Source of the DNA: Solobacterium sp.
Lineage (GTDB): Bacteria > Bacillota_I > Bacilli_A > Erysipelotrichales > Erysipelotrichaceae
Assembly (NCBI GenBank): GCA_017539825.1
Contig: JAFYCG010000313.1
Span: 1 to 41,801, forward strand
Length of the DNA stretch: 41,801 nucleotides
Direction of reading: 5' to 3'
Shown here: one piece after another, positions 1 through 10,334 of the stretch
Numbering within the stretch: position 1 is the stretch's first letter
How the letters are laid out: each line of letters opens with the position of its first letter
Notes under the pieces: model-generated
Seen by the model: only the letters and a program-made list of their open reading frames with translations
The model's database searches: none
What the model was told of the DNA's origin: nothing
Translations under genes and position numbers: made by a program

Positions 1-813
1 ACTGTTTCTCCGACATATTCCAATGAAATCTTAACACAGGCATATGGTGAGAGAATGGATGCAGTATTACGTTACAGAAGAGAAGATCTCTGGGGTATCG
101 TAAACGGTATCGATACAAATGAATGGAATCCGAAGACAGATAAACTCTTAGCTAAGAACTATGATGCAAAGAGCTGGGTAACCGGAAAGAAAGCAAACAA
201 GAAAGCATTACAGGAAGAACTCGGACTTGAACAGAGAGAAGATGTTCTGATGATCGGTCTTGTTTCCAGATTGACAAACCAGAAGGGTATCTACATGATC
301 ACTGATCGTCTGACAGAGATCATGGGCATGGATGTTCAGTTTGTTGTACTCGGAACAGGTGAGACAAATGCTGAGAATGCATTCAAGTGGATGGAAAGCG
401 AATACAAAGGAAAAGGTGTATACTACTGCGGATACAACGAAGAGCTCGCTCATCGTATCTATGCAGGATGTGACCTGTTCCTGATGCCTTCTCTCTATGA
501 ACCATGCGGAATCGGTCAGCTGATCGCTATGCATTACGGTGCATTACCGCTCGTTCGTGAAACCGGTGGTCTGAAAGATACAGTTCATCCATACAACCAG
601 TACACAGGCGAAGGAAACGGTTTCAGCTTCTGGGCTGCTAATGCTGATGACATGGTCTACACACTCCGTTGGGCTGTTGATCAGTATTACAACAACAGAC
701 CGGGCTGGAAAGGCTTAGTCAAGAGTGCCATGACAACAGATGTCAGCTGGGAACAGAGTGCTGATATCTATGAAGAATTGTATTACACAATCTGCAACTG
801 GCCGGATAACTAA
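1..813 (+). CDS. glgA: Glycogen synthase (GT5), 5'-truncated by window edge
   Basis: The frame is open from base 1 (TVSPTYSNEI...). It carries the GT5 motifs GIVNGID, SRLTNQKG, MPSLYEPCGIGQLIAM and RETGGLKDTV. Confidence 0.95.
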   Translation, partial: TVSPTYSNEILTQAYGERMDAVLRYRREDLWGIVNGIDTNEWNPKTDKLLAKNYDAKSWVTGKKANKKALQEELGLEQREDVLMIGLVSRLTNQKGIYMITDRLTEIMGMDVQFVVLGTGETNAENAFKWMESEYKGKGVYYCGYNEELAHRIYAGCDLFLMPSLYEPCGIGQLIAMHYGALPLVRETGGLKDTVHPYNQYTGEGNGFSFWAANADDMVYTLRWAVDQYYNNRPGWKGLVKSAMTTDVSWEQSADIYEELYYTICNWPDN

Positions 814-825
814 TCTATAGAATTC

Positions 826-861
826 AAGAGATGCTGATGAAAATCAGCATCTTTTCTTTTA
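826..861 (+). terminator. Intrinsic terminator after first glgA
   Basis: Hairpin AGATGCTGAT-GAAA-ATCAGCATCT followed by a T-rich tract. Confidence 0.85.
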
Positions 862-1209
862 TACAAAGTGAATCGGCAAATTGTTATAAATACCGGTAAA
901 ATGGGTTTTTGAATGTTGAAAAAACCTGTTTTTTTGCGGTATTCATACATCTGGAAAATAATGAAAAATGAGGTGTCTTGATGAAATGGATATTTATCAG
1001 TTAAAAATGTCATTTTGGGTAATGATTATTATAAATACTGTTTTATGCCTTTGTTTTTTTGGGGTTTTGATTCATCTTTCGATGAAATGTTCTATAATAT
1101 AATAGCGTAAATGCGGAATGTTTTTTTGGCATGTTTCAATGGAAACATCTACATGATTATCATGTAGAGAAAACTGTCGGAGAACTGAGTTTAAGGAAAG
1201 GAGGGCAAT

Positions 1210-4200
1210 ATGGATAAGCTTGTAAAGATGTTCGGTAAATATATCAATACTCCTAAACACAGAAATTTTGTATTGTTTATGAGCGCGCTTGTTGTATTTG
1301 TGACAACCTATTCATTGATCCTCCCTGCAGTATCCATCAGTAAAGAAGCTGCCGAAGAGGAACCGGGTATGATTCTGGGTGAGACATCTGAAACATTGGA
1401 AGGAATGACAGATGAAGTTGTGACTGATACAGAATCCTCAGAAGAACCTGTTATCGTAGAACCTGAAATAATTGTTGAAGAAACTATTACAGAAGTTGCA
1501 GAAGCAAAACCTGAAACAGAGGAAACAGTTGCAGAGGTTCAGCCTGCAGAAGAAAAAGAAAATACGATAGATCTGTTGCAATTTAAAAAGGAAAAAGATT
1601 ATGTATTTACAATGGAATCTTCCTTTTCCAAAGATGCTGCATTGGAACTCAAAGAAAAAGAAGATGAAGAGTATGCTGCTATTTTGGAAAAAGTTGAAGA
1701 AGAATACAAAGACACAGAAAAGCAGATTTATTCTGCAAGATTCTTTGAACTTGAAATAAAGAATAATGCAACCAAACAAAAACAAAAAGTAAAAAACACT
1801 TTCACTTTTCATGAACTTTTAGAACTGAAAAGGAATCAGGAACTTGTTCTTGCTTATTTTGATGAAAATGATAAATATCATGAATGGGATGAGAAGAAAG
1901 TTGAATTTAAAACAGAAGAAGAAAAAATCAAGGAAATCTGTTTTAAAGCAGATGAAATATCTGATAATTTCATCATCCTTGTTCTTGAGGAACCTGAAGA
2001 AATCAAAACTGAATTAACAGATGCCTTATATCCTGCACAGTCTTTTGAAAAATCTTCAAATGGATTAACAGTCAAGGCAATTGCCGAAGAAGGTACTTTC
2101 CCTGTCGGAACAATCATGAAGGTTACACCGGTTAATGAAAACACAATCATTGATACAATCAAAGATACTGTTGATACAGATATCAGTTCTGTCCAGGCAG
2201 TTGATATTACCTTCTATGACAAAGATGGCAATGTCATTGAACCATTGAAACCGATACAGGTATCTATGATCTCTGAGATGATCAGTGAAACAGATACACA
2301 ATCCATTATTCATATTGATGATAAAGGAAACGGTACAGTCATCGAACAGAGTGAAGCAGTTGAATCAGCTGCAGATGAAGTTGTTTTTGATGCGGATTCT
2401 TTCTCCATCTATGTTGTAGTAGGAACAATTGAAAAGACCATTCTGGCAAGTGACGGTCATAACTACAAGATTACCGTAAGTTATGGATCTGATACAGGAA
2501 TTCCTGCTGATGCTGAATTAGAGGTTGATGAGATTGCAGAAGACTCCTCTATCTACAATGCATATGTTTCAAAGACTGAAAATGCATTAGGCATGGAAGA
2601 AGGAAGTACCGGATATATCAGACTGTTTGATATCAGCATTGTTAAGGATGAAAAGAAGATTCAGCCTGCAGAAGGAACAAAGGTTGATGTAAAGATTGAA
2701 CTGGCTGACAGCAGTAGTGATCGTTTAAATGTCATTCACTTCTCGGATGGATCAGAAGAAGGCGAAGAAGTTCAGAGCAATACGGAAATCGCAGAGAACG
2801 GATCAGTCGTGGAATTTGAGGCTGATGGATTCAGCGTGTACTCGATTGTTGAAGCACCGGAACCGGGAAATACGTCCTTATCTGTTAATTCGATCGATGA
2901 AATAGAGGTGGATCAGGATCACTATTTGTCAATTGCAAGAAGCGGTACCAATTATATGACAAGTACAACGACATTAAATGGCGGAACATATGAGCTTAAA
3001 GGAGATACAAATATAAGCTCTGCAGAATTGTGGCGTTTTGAGATTCCTGAAGAAGGAAAGGTAAATATCTATTTTCTTGATTCAGGAGGAGTAAAACAAT
3101 ATCTGAATGTAGATTCATCCAGGAATATCAGCTTTTCTGCAACTCCACAGCCGTTGTCTATTGCAGCGACGACAAATGCTGCAGGCACATTTTACATTTA
3201 TACTGTAATTGACAATAAGAATTACGCTCTCAGTGTCAGAGGTAACAAGAATTTCTTCTTTGAGCAAAGAAATAACGGAGCAAATGCCAATGAACGTGTA
3301 GTTCTGACAAAGTATGTGAAAGACCTGTATAAACTGGATGGTAAGTCTTTCGGCATTGCCTATAATGATAATTCAACTTCAGCTGCTGCATTAACTGCGG
3401 AGGGAGGCAACGGTAATACTCTGCGAGGTCTTGATCTGCTCATCCGCAATGACGTTCTTGATAATGATGGCAACCTTTTAGTTGCTGAAAACAGCGATAT
3501 CCAGGAGTGGACGTTTGAAGCCATAGAACTTGATCAGTATTATATTAAGACAACAGTAGATGGAGCAGATAAATATCTGCAAATTCAAAATGGTAATGTG
3601 AAGCTGGTTGATAGTAAGGACAATGCTTCACAGATCAAGGCTACACCGGGAACAGATGCTAACAGTGGTAAATGGCATTTCACAGTCGGCAATTATTCGC
3701 TGAATTTTAGGGGGAGTGCAGCGAATGGTTTTAATGCAGCCAGCAACAGCAACCCATCCACCTGGCTGAATCTGGTTGAAAAATCCACATTGTCAGATGA
3801 TGACTTTGTTGAATATACTGCCCGTAAAATCAGTGTCAGTGACGATATACTCAGTGCAACGGAAAAAGATGAAAACGGCGATATCCTTACAGATGAAGAC
3901 GGTAATCCAATTTATAAAGATAAAAAGGAACAGGTTGTTATTTATACCCGTGTTTGGAACGAAACAACTAAGAAATATGAATTTTATGCTGTTGATCATG
4001 ACGGATCTCTCATACGTGTTTATGACAGCGGTGATCAGATTAACTGGATCGGCAATAAGGTCAATTCAGCTCTGTGGGAGTTCACGGAATATACTAATGC
4101 AGACGGGACACCAAGTTACTACTACGAACTGGAAAACACAGCTTATACCGGAACCTATCTGGCTCCTCAGTCCGAAGGTATTATCTCTCATGATACTGTC

Positions 4201-7200
4201 GGTATCAATCTGAGAGGACGCCGGGATGGTTTTGATTACTCCTCCATCGTTGCATGGGATGACTCTGCTTATGCATTTTCAGGCTTGAAAATAGTACATA
4301 ATGAGGATGGGTCTCTTAAGGTTGTTACCTGCTCACTTGATGAAGCAGACGATTTCAACTTTGCGGTAATACCTACTATAGAAGAAGCAGATGAAACTTC
4401 GACAGTAGAGACAGTTGACAATAAAGATTTCGGTATCAGTATTAAGATGATTGATTTTAATAATAGAATTACCGGAGGTCGTGATTCCGTACAGACATCT
4501 TACCTTGGTTCTAAGGAATGGAATGCAGCTCATGCGTATGAAGCAGAAACAGGACTGGTTTCTACCAATTTGACAAATGGTTATCCGACAATTACTGCAA
4601 ATACCCCAAAGAATGGTCATAGCCTGGCAGAGCTCTTTGACCATATGACACCCGCCAATCATCTGTTTATTCAAAGTGTGTATAACGAAAGCGGTTATTT
4701 TGAATATGACAGTACACAGAATTTTGCACATTTGAATGAGGATGGAACCTTTACCGTTTACAATGAGATTGGTGCAATCGGAACTACTGAAAGTGCAACC
4801 AGGTCTCACGGTCAATTTATGCCTTATAACAATATCAGTGCTGAAAAAGGTTACGCTCATAATACTCAAGGGGATGTCATCACAAATCAATACAGTGTTA
4901 CAGGACAGGAGCTTCCCGACACAGATCCACGTAAAGGTGAGCCGCTGTATTCGATTCCACAGAATGAAGCTGACTATTACTTTGGCATGGAATTATCCGC
5001 TGTATTTACACAGACACCTGATGGCGTGGATAACTGGGGACACGATATTATCTTCGAGTTTACCGGTGATGATGACTTCTGGTTCTACGTTGACGGTGAG
5101 TTAGTGCTGGATCTTGGTGGTGTTCACAGTGCCTTAGGCGGTTCTGTAAACTTCCGAACAGGCGAAGTAATCTGCAATGGAAATGTCTCAACATTGTATG
5201 ACATATTTAAAAGCAATTATCAGGCACGAGAAAAAGATCCTTCGGCAGTTGATGACCTCTTTGTGACAAAGACGGTGAATGGTGAAACTGTGCATGTCTT
5301 TAATGATTATTCCACACATGAGATGAAGATGTTCTATATGGAGCGTGGTGCAGGTGCATCCAACCTGAAGATGCGTTTTAACCTGGCTTCTGTACAGCCT
5401 GGTACAGTAGAATTGTCCAAAAAGCTCAAGGGTATTGATCAGGCATCAAATAAATTGATCCAATATCCATATCAGATCTGGTATCAGACAGCTGAATATG
5501 CGCGAAATGAAGATGGTACCTTTATGCTTGATGAAAACGGCAATCGTGTAGTAAGTTCTTATTATGAGCCTGTTCTTTTGGAACAGCCATCAAACAACAG
5601 CAATCTGAATGGAAAAGTATACGCAGTTTATAAGGGAACAAAAACATTGATTCCGTATAAGAGCTCTATGACGATAGGGGGGAATCAATACAATCATGTA
5701 TTCCTGCTTAAGGCAGGTGAGACAACAGTAATCAACTTCCCTGAAAATACCTTCCGGTATAAAATCGTTGAATGCGGTGTTGATACTGCAGTATATGAGC
5801 ATGTTTACATCAACGGCGATCAGAGTGACAATGAAATCTTCGGAAAACCTTACAACAATTCTGACGGGTGGACAGATAACAATGTACCGGAAACGCAGCC
5901 AGCCGAAACTACCACCTATGATGGAACTTCCAGATCTGATTTTGGTATTGGCTATGATACAACAGTAGAACGTCCGAGAGTAGAGTATACAAATGAAGTT
6001 CCGCCGGAAGTTATGCGTACAGTATCTTTTGAAAAGGTGCTTTATGATTCGACAGGTGAACGCCTTATGGATGAGCAGGCAGCACAGATAAAATCTACAT
6101 TTAGCTTCAGACTGTATCTTGGCAATGAGTTTGCCGACCAGGAAAATCTTCTTCCGGCAGATATGTATACTTACTATATCAAAGGACCGGATAATAAGTA
6201 TTGTAAGTGGGATAAAACAAATCAGAAGTTTGTATCACTCAATGTAGAGACATATGAACAGTTTAAAACCCTGAGTGAAGCAGATCAGCGTGCAGGAACA
6301 TTTACCACATCCATGTATGGTTCAATCTCAAAAATTCCTGCCGGTTATACTGTTGAGGTACGAGACCTGATTGTCGGTACAAAATATAAGATAGAAGAGC
6401 CTGATCGTGAGATTCCGAAAGGATATACACGCCGTGACAGCGATGGCTATGTCCGCACGGATCTGGATGAAGGCAATGTAGTCTATTATACTGAATCAGG
6501 TACTTATGGCAGACATCCGGAACAAGGCAACACGATTACGGCAGAGCCGATCAGTGATACCATTGCTGATAAAACCGAATCACCGAAAATCGAGATTCGA
6601 AATCAGGAAGGCTGGGGCTTAACAGCACAGAAAGAATGGACAGATAAGGACTTTATCATCCATGATCCGATTTATCTTGCAGTCTATCTGGATGATGGAA
6701 CAGGCAACCCCGGCAATCTCATAGATGGAACTGTCCGCAGGCTGAATACCTACGAGACAGAGGTCTATTGGTTCTTCCAGGATTTGAAGATCAATGGTGA
6801 ACCGAAAAACTTTAACCAATTCATCGTTCGTGAGGTAGAACTGGAAGGAACGCCGGTTGTTAATGAAAACACCGGTGTTGTGACAGGGTATACTAGTGTA
6901 ACACCTGTAGATGATGAAGACACAATCACCGTCGGTGGCAGAACATACAGCGGCACTTCACGAACAGAGACATATACTGTAAATTATGATCCTGGTATTT
7001 CTACCGGTCAAAACGCAAATATCCGTACGGATACCATAACGAATTCCCGTCCGGGTATTCAGATTTATAAGACTGATTGGAGTGGAGAAACTTATCTTGC
7101 CGGTGCTGAATTCACACTGAAAGATGCCGGTGGAAATGATGTAGGACATTCTTCCTATATATCCGATAAAAACGGTCTGGTAACTACCGCTTACCTGAAT

Positions 7201-7515
7201 GAGGGAACCTTCAAACTGGATGAAATCAAAACACCGACAGGTTATGCGGCACTGGATGAGCCGATCACAATTACAGTGACAACAGCACAGCCGAGTCAAT
7301 ATGATCTGACTGTGGTTTCAGGAACCACTACTTACTACATTAAACTTAGTGGACCGGAAGGCTTCTATACAACTGATAACGCAACAGAAGATCAAATGGC
7401 ACGTATTACTGTAAAGAACCGCACAGTACAAGGTTTGAAGGTCATTAAGGTAGGTGTTGATGGTAATACCAGAACACCGCTCAGTGGTGTACATTTGCCC
7501 TGTATGATCAGGTGA
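1210..7515 (+). CDS. Large surface protein with fibro-slime (PA14-like) and SpaA/prealbumin-like domains; N-terminal part of a frameshifted gene
   Basis: RBS AAGGAGG. N-terminal hydrophobic segment VVFVTTYSLILPA, then an acidic spacer and repeated modules ending F.A.(S/G)FS(I/V)Y. Fibro-slime motif FEFTGDDDFWFYVDGELVLDLGGVH at ~5050-5130. SpaA-like motif LAGAEFTL...LDEIKTPTGY. Confidence 0.85.
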   Translation: MDKLVKMFGKYINTPKHRNFVLFMSALVVFVTTYSLILPAVSISKEAAEEEPGMILGETSETLEGMTDEVVTDTESSEEPVIVEPEIIVEETITEVAEAKPETEETVAEVQPAEEKENTIDLLQFKKEKDYVFTMESSFSKDAALELKEKEDEEYAAILEKVEEEYKDTEKQIYSARFFELEIKNNATKQKQKVKNTFTFHELLELKRNQELVLAYFDENDKYHEWDEKKVEFKTEEEKIKEICFKADEISDNFIILVLEEPEEIKTELTDALYPAQSFEKSSNGLTVKAIAEEGTFPVGTIMKVTPVNENTIIDTIKDTVDTDISSVQAVDITFYDKDGNVIEPLKPIQVSMISEMISETDTQSIIHIDDKGNGTVIEQSEAVESAADEVVFDADSFSIYVVVGTIEKTILASDGHNYKITVSYGSDTGIPADAELEVDEIAEDSSIYNAYVSKTENALGMEEGSTGYIRLFDISIVKDEKKIQPAEGTKVDVKIELADSSSDRLNVIHFSDGSEEGEEVQSNTEIAENGSVVEFEADGFSVYSIVEAPEPGNTSLSVNSIDEIEVDQDHYLSIARSGTNYMTSTTTLNGGTYELKGDTNISSAELWRFEIPEEGKVNIYFLDSGGVKQYLNVDSSRNISFSATPQPLSIAATTNAAGTFYIYTVIDNKNYALSVRGNKNFFFEQRNNGANANERVVLTKYVKDLYKLDGKSFGIAYNDNSTSAAALTAEGGNGNTLRGLDLLIRNDVLDNDGNLLVAENSDIQEWTFEAIELDQYYIKTTVDGADKYLQIQNGNVKLVDSKDNASQIKATPGTDANSGKWHFTVGNYSLNFRGSAANGFNAASNSNPSTWLNLVEKSTLSDDDFVEYTARKISVSDDILSATEKDENGDILTDEDGNPIYKDKKEQVVIYTRVWNETTKKYEFYAVDHDGSLIRVYDSGDQINWIGNKVNSALWEFTEYTNADGTPSYYYELENTAYTGTYLAPQSEGIISHDTVGINLRGRRDGFDYSSIVAWDDSAYAFSGLKIVHNEDGSLKVVTCSLDEADDFNFAVIPTIEEADETSTVETVDNKDFGISIKMIDFNNRITGGRDSVQTSYLGSKEWNAAHAYEAETGLVSTNLTNGYPTITANTPKNGHSLAELFDHMTPANHLFIQSVYNESGYFEYDSTQNFAHLNEDGTFTVYNEIGAIGTTESATRSHGQFMPYNNISAEKGYAHNTQGDVITNQYSVTGQELPDTDPRKGEPLYSIPQNEADYYFGMELSAVFTQTPDGVDNWGHDIIFEFTGDDDFWFYVDGELVLDLGGVHSALGGSVNFRTGEVICNGNVSTLYDIFKSNYQAREKDPSAVDDLFVTKTVNGETVHVFNDYSTHEMKMFYMERGAGASNLKMRFNLASVQPGTVELSKKLKGIDQASNKLIQYPYQIWYQTAEYARNEDGTFMLDENGNRVVSSYYEPVLLEQPSNNSNLNGKVYAVYKGTKTLIPYKSSMTIGGNQYNHVFLLKAGETTVINFPENTFRYKIVECGVDTAVYEHVYINGDQSDNEIFGKPYNNSDGWTDNNVPETQPAETTTYDGTSRSDFGIGYDTTVERPRVEYTNEVPPEVMRTVSFEKVLYDSTGERLMDEQAAQIKSTFSFRLYLGNEFADQENLLPADMYTYYIKGPDNKYCKWDKTNQKFVSLNVETYEQFKTLSEADQRAGTFTTSMYGSISKIPAGYTVEVRDLIVGTKYKIEEPDREIPKGYTRRDSDGYVRTDLDEGNVVYYTESGTYGRHPEQGNTITAEPISDTIADKTESPKIEIRNQEGWGLTAQKEWTDKDFIIHDPIYLAVYLDDGTGNPGNLIDGTVRRLNTYETEVYWFFQDLKINGEPKNFNQFIVREVELEGTPVVNENTGVVTGYTSVTPVDDEDTITVGGRTYSGTSRTETYTVNYDPGISTGQNANIRTDTITNSRPGIQIYKTDWSGETYLAGAEFTLKDAGGNDVGHSSYISDKNGLVTTAYLNEGTFKLDEIKTPTGYAALDEPITITVTTAQPSQYDLTVVSGTTTYYIKLSGPEGFYTTDNATEDQMARITVKNRTVQGLKVIKVGVDGNTRTPLSGVHLPCMIR

Positions 7516-8282
7516 AAGACAGTGAAGGAAATGTGCGTCCGGCATATAACCCGAAAACAGATTATGAAGATGTTGTGACAAATGAAGAGGGTATTCTTGC
7601 AGGTATCAATACGAGTCTTGGAACAGGTACTTATTACCTGAGAGAAAAAGCTGCGCCAAACGGCTATAAGAAGCTTGCAGAAGATCTTTGTTTTACAATC
7701 GGTAAAGACGGAACGGTAACAATTAATAACACCGGATATGCGAACTGGCTGAGCAAGGATACTTCTGTTCCGGGTATTGTTTCCTATCAGATTGCCATTG
7801 AGAATACACCGCTTGGTATTACGATACGAAAGACAGATGAAAAAGGAAATGCATTACCTGGGGCAAAATTTACGCTGTGTATGAGTAACGGCAGCTTTAT
7901 GCCTGTTAATGAATATAACCTTACAGATGGTGTGATCGATCTGACAGATAGTGCAGAAAAGACCTTTACCGGTATGGCAAATGGCATCTATTGGCTGATG
8001 GAGACCGATGCTCCCGGTGGTTATGTTATTTTAACAAGAGAGGTTTACTTCAAGGTGTCTGACGGAACACTGACACTTACAGATAATCATGGTGAGGCAA
8101 AAACCTATACAGGTGTAGAACTCAAAGACGATAACACAACGATTGAAGTAATGAATATACCGGGTACTCCGCTTCCTTCTACAGGTGGTTCGGGAACAAA
8201 GATGTTCACTGTTATGGGAATACTCTTAATCATGGGAGCAGGATTCCTGCTTGGCAGAAGGTACATTACAGTACACGATTGA
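7512..8282 (+). CDS. C-terminal part of the surface protein: SpaA-like domains + LPXTG sortase anchor
   Basis: YYLREKAAPNGY and LPGAKFTL...LMETDAPGGY motifs, then LPSTG, a hydrophobic helix and an RR tail. It joins the upstream ORF if one T is added at 7494-7496. Confidence 0.85.
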   Translation: MKDSEGNVRPAYNPKTDYEDVVTNEEGILAGINTSLGTGTYYLREKAAPNGYKKLAEDLCFTIGKDGTVTINNTGYANWLSKDTSVPGIVSYQIAIENTPLGITIRKTDEKGNALPGAKFTLCMSNGSFMPVNEYNLTDGVIDLTDSAEKTFTGMANGIYWLMETDAPGGYVILTREVYFKVSDGTLTLTDNHGEAKTYTGVELKDDNTTIEVMNIPGTPLPSTGGSGTKMFTVMGILLIMGAGFLLGRRYITVHD

Positions 8283-8503
8283 TGAGCGTGACATCGAATC
8301 AAAATGAAATACGGGATTGGCTATAGAGCTGCCCGTTTTTTAAGTATATAAACAGAAAAGGGTTGTAATGAATAAGGCGGTTTGCATAATAACGGGAAAT
8401 AAAAGCACGTTTCAGCTCCGGCAGGACGCTGTCGCAGAGCCTCAAAGAAAACGATCATGCATATTCCATCCTCTTGTCGTGTTATATGATTGTGACGTAT
8501 GCA

Positions 8504-8532
8504 GAAAAAAAGGATCGGCAATAACCGATCCT
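8504..8532 (-). terminator. Intrinsic terminator of second glgA
   Basis: AGGATCGG-CAATAA-CCGATCCT stem with an A-run on its left, which is a U-tract on the minus strand. Confidence 0.8.
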
Positions 8533-8539
8533 GATAAGA

Positions 8540-10126
8540 TTATGGTCTTAACTGTAAGTAGAGATTGCGATACTGTTTTGCGGAAACTTCCCAGGAAACA
8601 TCCTTTTCCATATCGCGGACAACCATCTCATCCCAACCCTTACGGTTTTCAAAGTACAGTGTTTTTGCGCGGTTGATCGCATCCAGCAGGAGCCATGCTT
8701 CATAACGGTCAAATGTGAAACCGTTACCTGTATTTTCGAATTCGTTATATGGTTCAACAGTGTCTTTCAAACCACCTGTTTCACGAACGATCGGCACTGT
8801 ACCATAACGCATAGCGATGAGCTGTGTCAGTCCGCATGGTTCGAATAAGCTTGGTACGAGCAGTGCGTCGGATGCTGCATAGATCTGGTGTGCTCTGCCT
8901 TCATCATACATGATGTTGGAGCATACAGTTCCTTTGTATGTATTCTCATAAGAACGGAATGCATCTTCATACTCGCCATCACCTGTTCCTAACAGAACAA
9001 ACTGTGTATTGCCGTCGATTACCTGGTGGAAGATCTGTGTGATCAGGTCCAGACCCTTCTGGTTTGTCAGACGGGAGATCAGACCGATGACCATCTTGTT
9101 TTCATCTTCTTCCAGGCCAAATGCTTTCTGCAGTTCAAGTTTGTTCTTTTTCTTCTGTTCGATGACATTTGCTGCCGTATAGTTTGCCGGCAGGAGTTTA
9201 TCAGTATTGGCATCCCAAATATCACAGTCGATACCGTTGACGATACCGTACAGTTTACCGGAATGATAACGCAGATGCGCATCAAGGTTCTCACCGAAGA
9301 ATGGTGTCTGGATCTCACCGGCATATGTGTTGGATACAGTCGTGATCATATCACAGCATGCAAGACCGCCCTTGAGCATATTTGCATCTTCATAACCCTG
9401 CTTCATGACTGAATAATCAAACATGTATTCCGGCAGATTTGTCCAGTATTTAAATGTCGGGATATTATAGATGCCCTGGAAACGCAGGTTGTGGATCGTA
9501 AGAATGGACTTTGCACGTCCAACCGGTGTATCAGCGAAGAAAGCACGCTGGAATACCGGAACAAGCGCAGCCTGCCAGTCATGGCAGTGAATAATATCCG
9601 GTGTCCAATTCATGTAGTTCAACGCTGCAAGAGCTGCTTTTGCGAAATAGCAGAATTTCGGGATATCATCAACAAGATTTGTATATGGTTTGCCCCAGCT
9701 GAAGAATTCTTCGTTATCGATGAAGTCATACACAACACCATCCCAGACATATTCCATAATACCTACATAGAATGAACGTCCGTCTGAACAAAGATCCATG
9801 TCAAACGCACCGACATAAACCATCTTCTCCTGGAATTGTTCCTTGATGCATGCATAACGTGGAAGGATAACTTTTACATCGCAGTTCTGACGAATCAGAG
9901 CTTTTGGCAGTGCGTACATAACATCGCCCAAACCACCGGTCTTAACAAACGGATAGCATTCTGAGCCGATAAATGCAACACTACGGCGTGGTTGTGGCAT
10001 TGTCTCTTCTATCGGTGTTTCTTCAACGACAGGTTCTTCCGCAACAGGTTCAGCAGCTTCGACTACGACTTCTTCTTTCACTTCCTGTTCGGCTTCTTTC
10101 TTTATTATCTTTTTTTTAGCTGGCAT
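8540..10126 (-). CDS. glgA: Glycogen synthase (GT5) with K/E/P-rich N-terminal extension
   Basis: Motifs KTGGLGDV, HCHDWQ, TIHNL, SRLTNQKG and PSLFEPCGLTQLIAMRYG. RBS AGGAGG. Confidence 0.95.
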   Translation of the reverse strand: MPAKKKIIKKEAEQEVKEEVVVEAAEPVAEEPVVEETPIEETMPQPRRSVAFIGSECYPFVKTGGLGDVMYALPKALIRQNCDVKVILPRYACIKEQFQEKMVYVGAFDMDLCSDGRSFYVGIMEYVWDGVVYDFIDNEEFFSWGKPYTNLVDDIPKFCYFAKAALAALNYMNWTPDIIHCHDWQAALVPVFQRAFFADTPVGRAKSILTIHNLRFQGIYNIPTFKYWTNLPEYMFDYSVMKQGYEDANMLKGGLACCDMITTVSNTYAGEIQTPFFGENLDAHLRYHSGKLYGIVNGIDCDIWDANTDKLLPANYTAANVIEQKKKNKLELQKAFGLEEDENKMVIGLISRLTNQKGLDLITQIFHQVIDGNTQFVLLGTGDGEYEDAFRSYENTYKGTVCSNIMYDEGRAHQIYAASDALLVPSLFEPCGLTQLIAMRYGTVPIVRETGGLKDTVEPYNEFENTGNGFTFDRYEAWLLLDAINRAKTLYFENRKGWDEMVVRDMEKDVSWEVSAKQYRNLYLQLRP

Positions 10127-10194
10127 AATTCCTCCTGTACAGCTTTTGCATTATATGTTTCATTATAATACGAAAATAATGATTTGCATAATAA

Positions 10195-10224
10195 AAGCTA
10201 ATAAGTTGTATGACTTATTAGCTT
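10195..10224 (-). terminator. Perfect 12-bp hairpin/terminator
   Basis: AAGCTAATAAGT-TGTATG-ACTTATTAGCTT, downstream of the minus-strand genes. Confidence 0.7.
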
Positions 10225-10231
10225 ATGAATT

Positions 10232-10294
10232 TTACCTGGTAATAATATCGATCGGTACGTTGAAGATCTTTGAGATTTTTACGATCATATCAAT
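10232..10294 (-). pseudogene. 3' remnant of an XRE-family HTH regulator gene
   Basis: The minus strand reads IDMIVKISKIFNVPIDIITR*, resembling the last helices of XRE/cI HTH domains. There is no N-terminal part; an in-frame TGA lies just upstream. Confidence 0.55.
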
Positions 10295-10334
10295 ATGATT
10301 TGTGGGGTTTCATTGATCTCTAAGGAATTTTACT

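Noticed and set aside
993-1008. 16-bp match TTTATCAGTTAAAAAT also at 38110-38125
   Set aside because: An AT-rich 16-mer match is plausible by chance in 42 kb, and the flanks do not align.
862-1209. c-di-GMP or other riboswitch upstream of the adhesin
   Set aside because: GGCAAA is present but not the paired GAAA-tetraloop/ACGCAAA architecture or a leader terminator.
8368-8676. 102-aa plus-strand ORF
   Set aside because: It runs antisense through the glgA terminator and 3' end and has no recognisable motifs.
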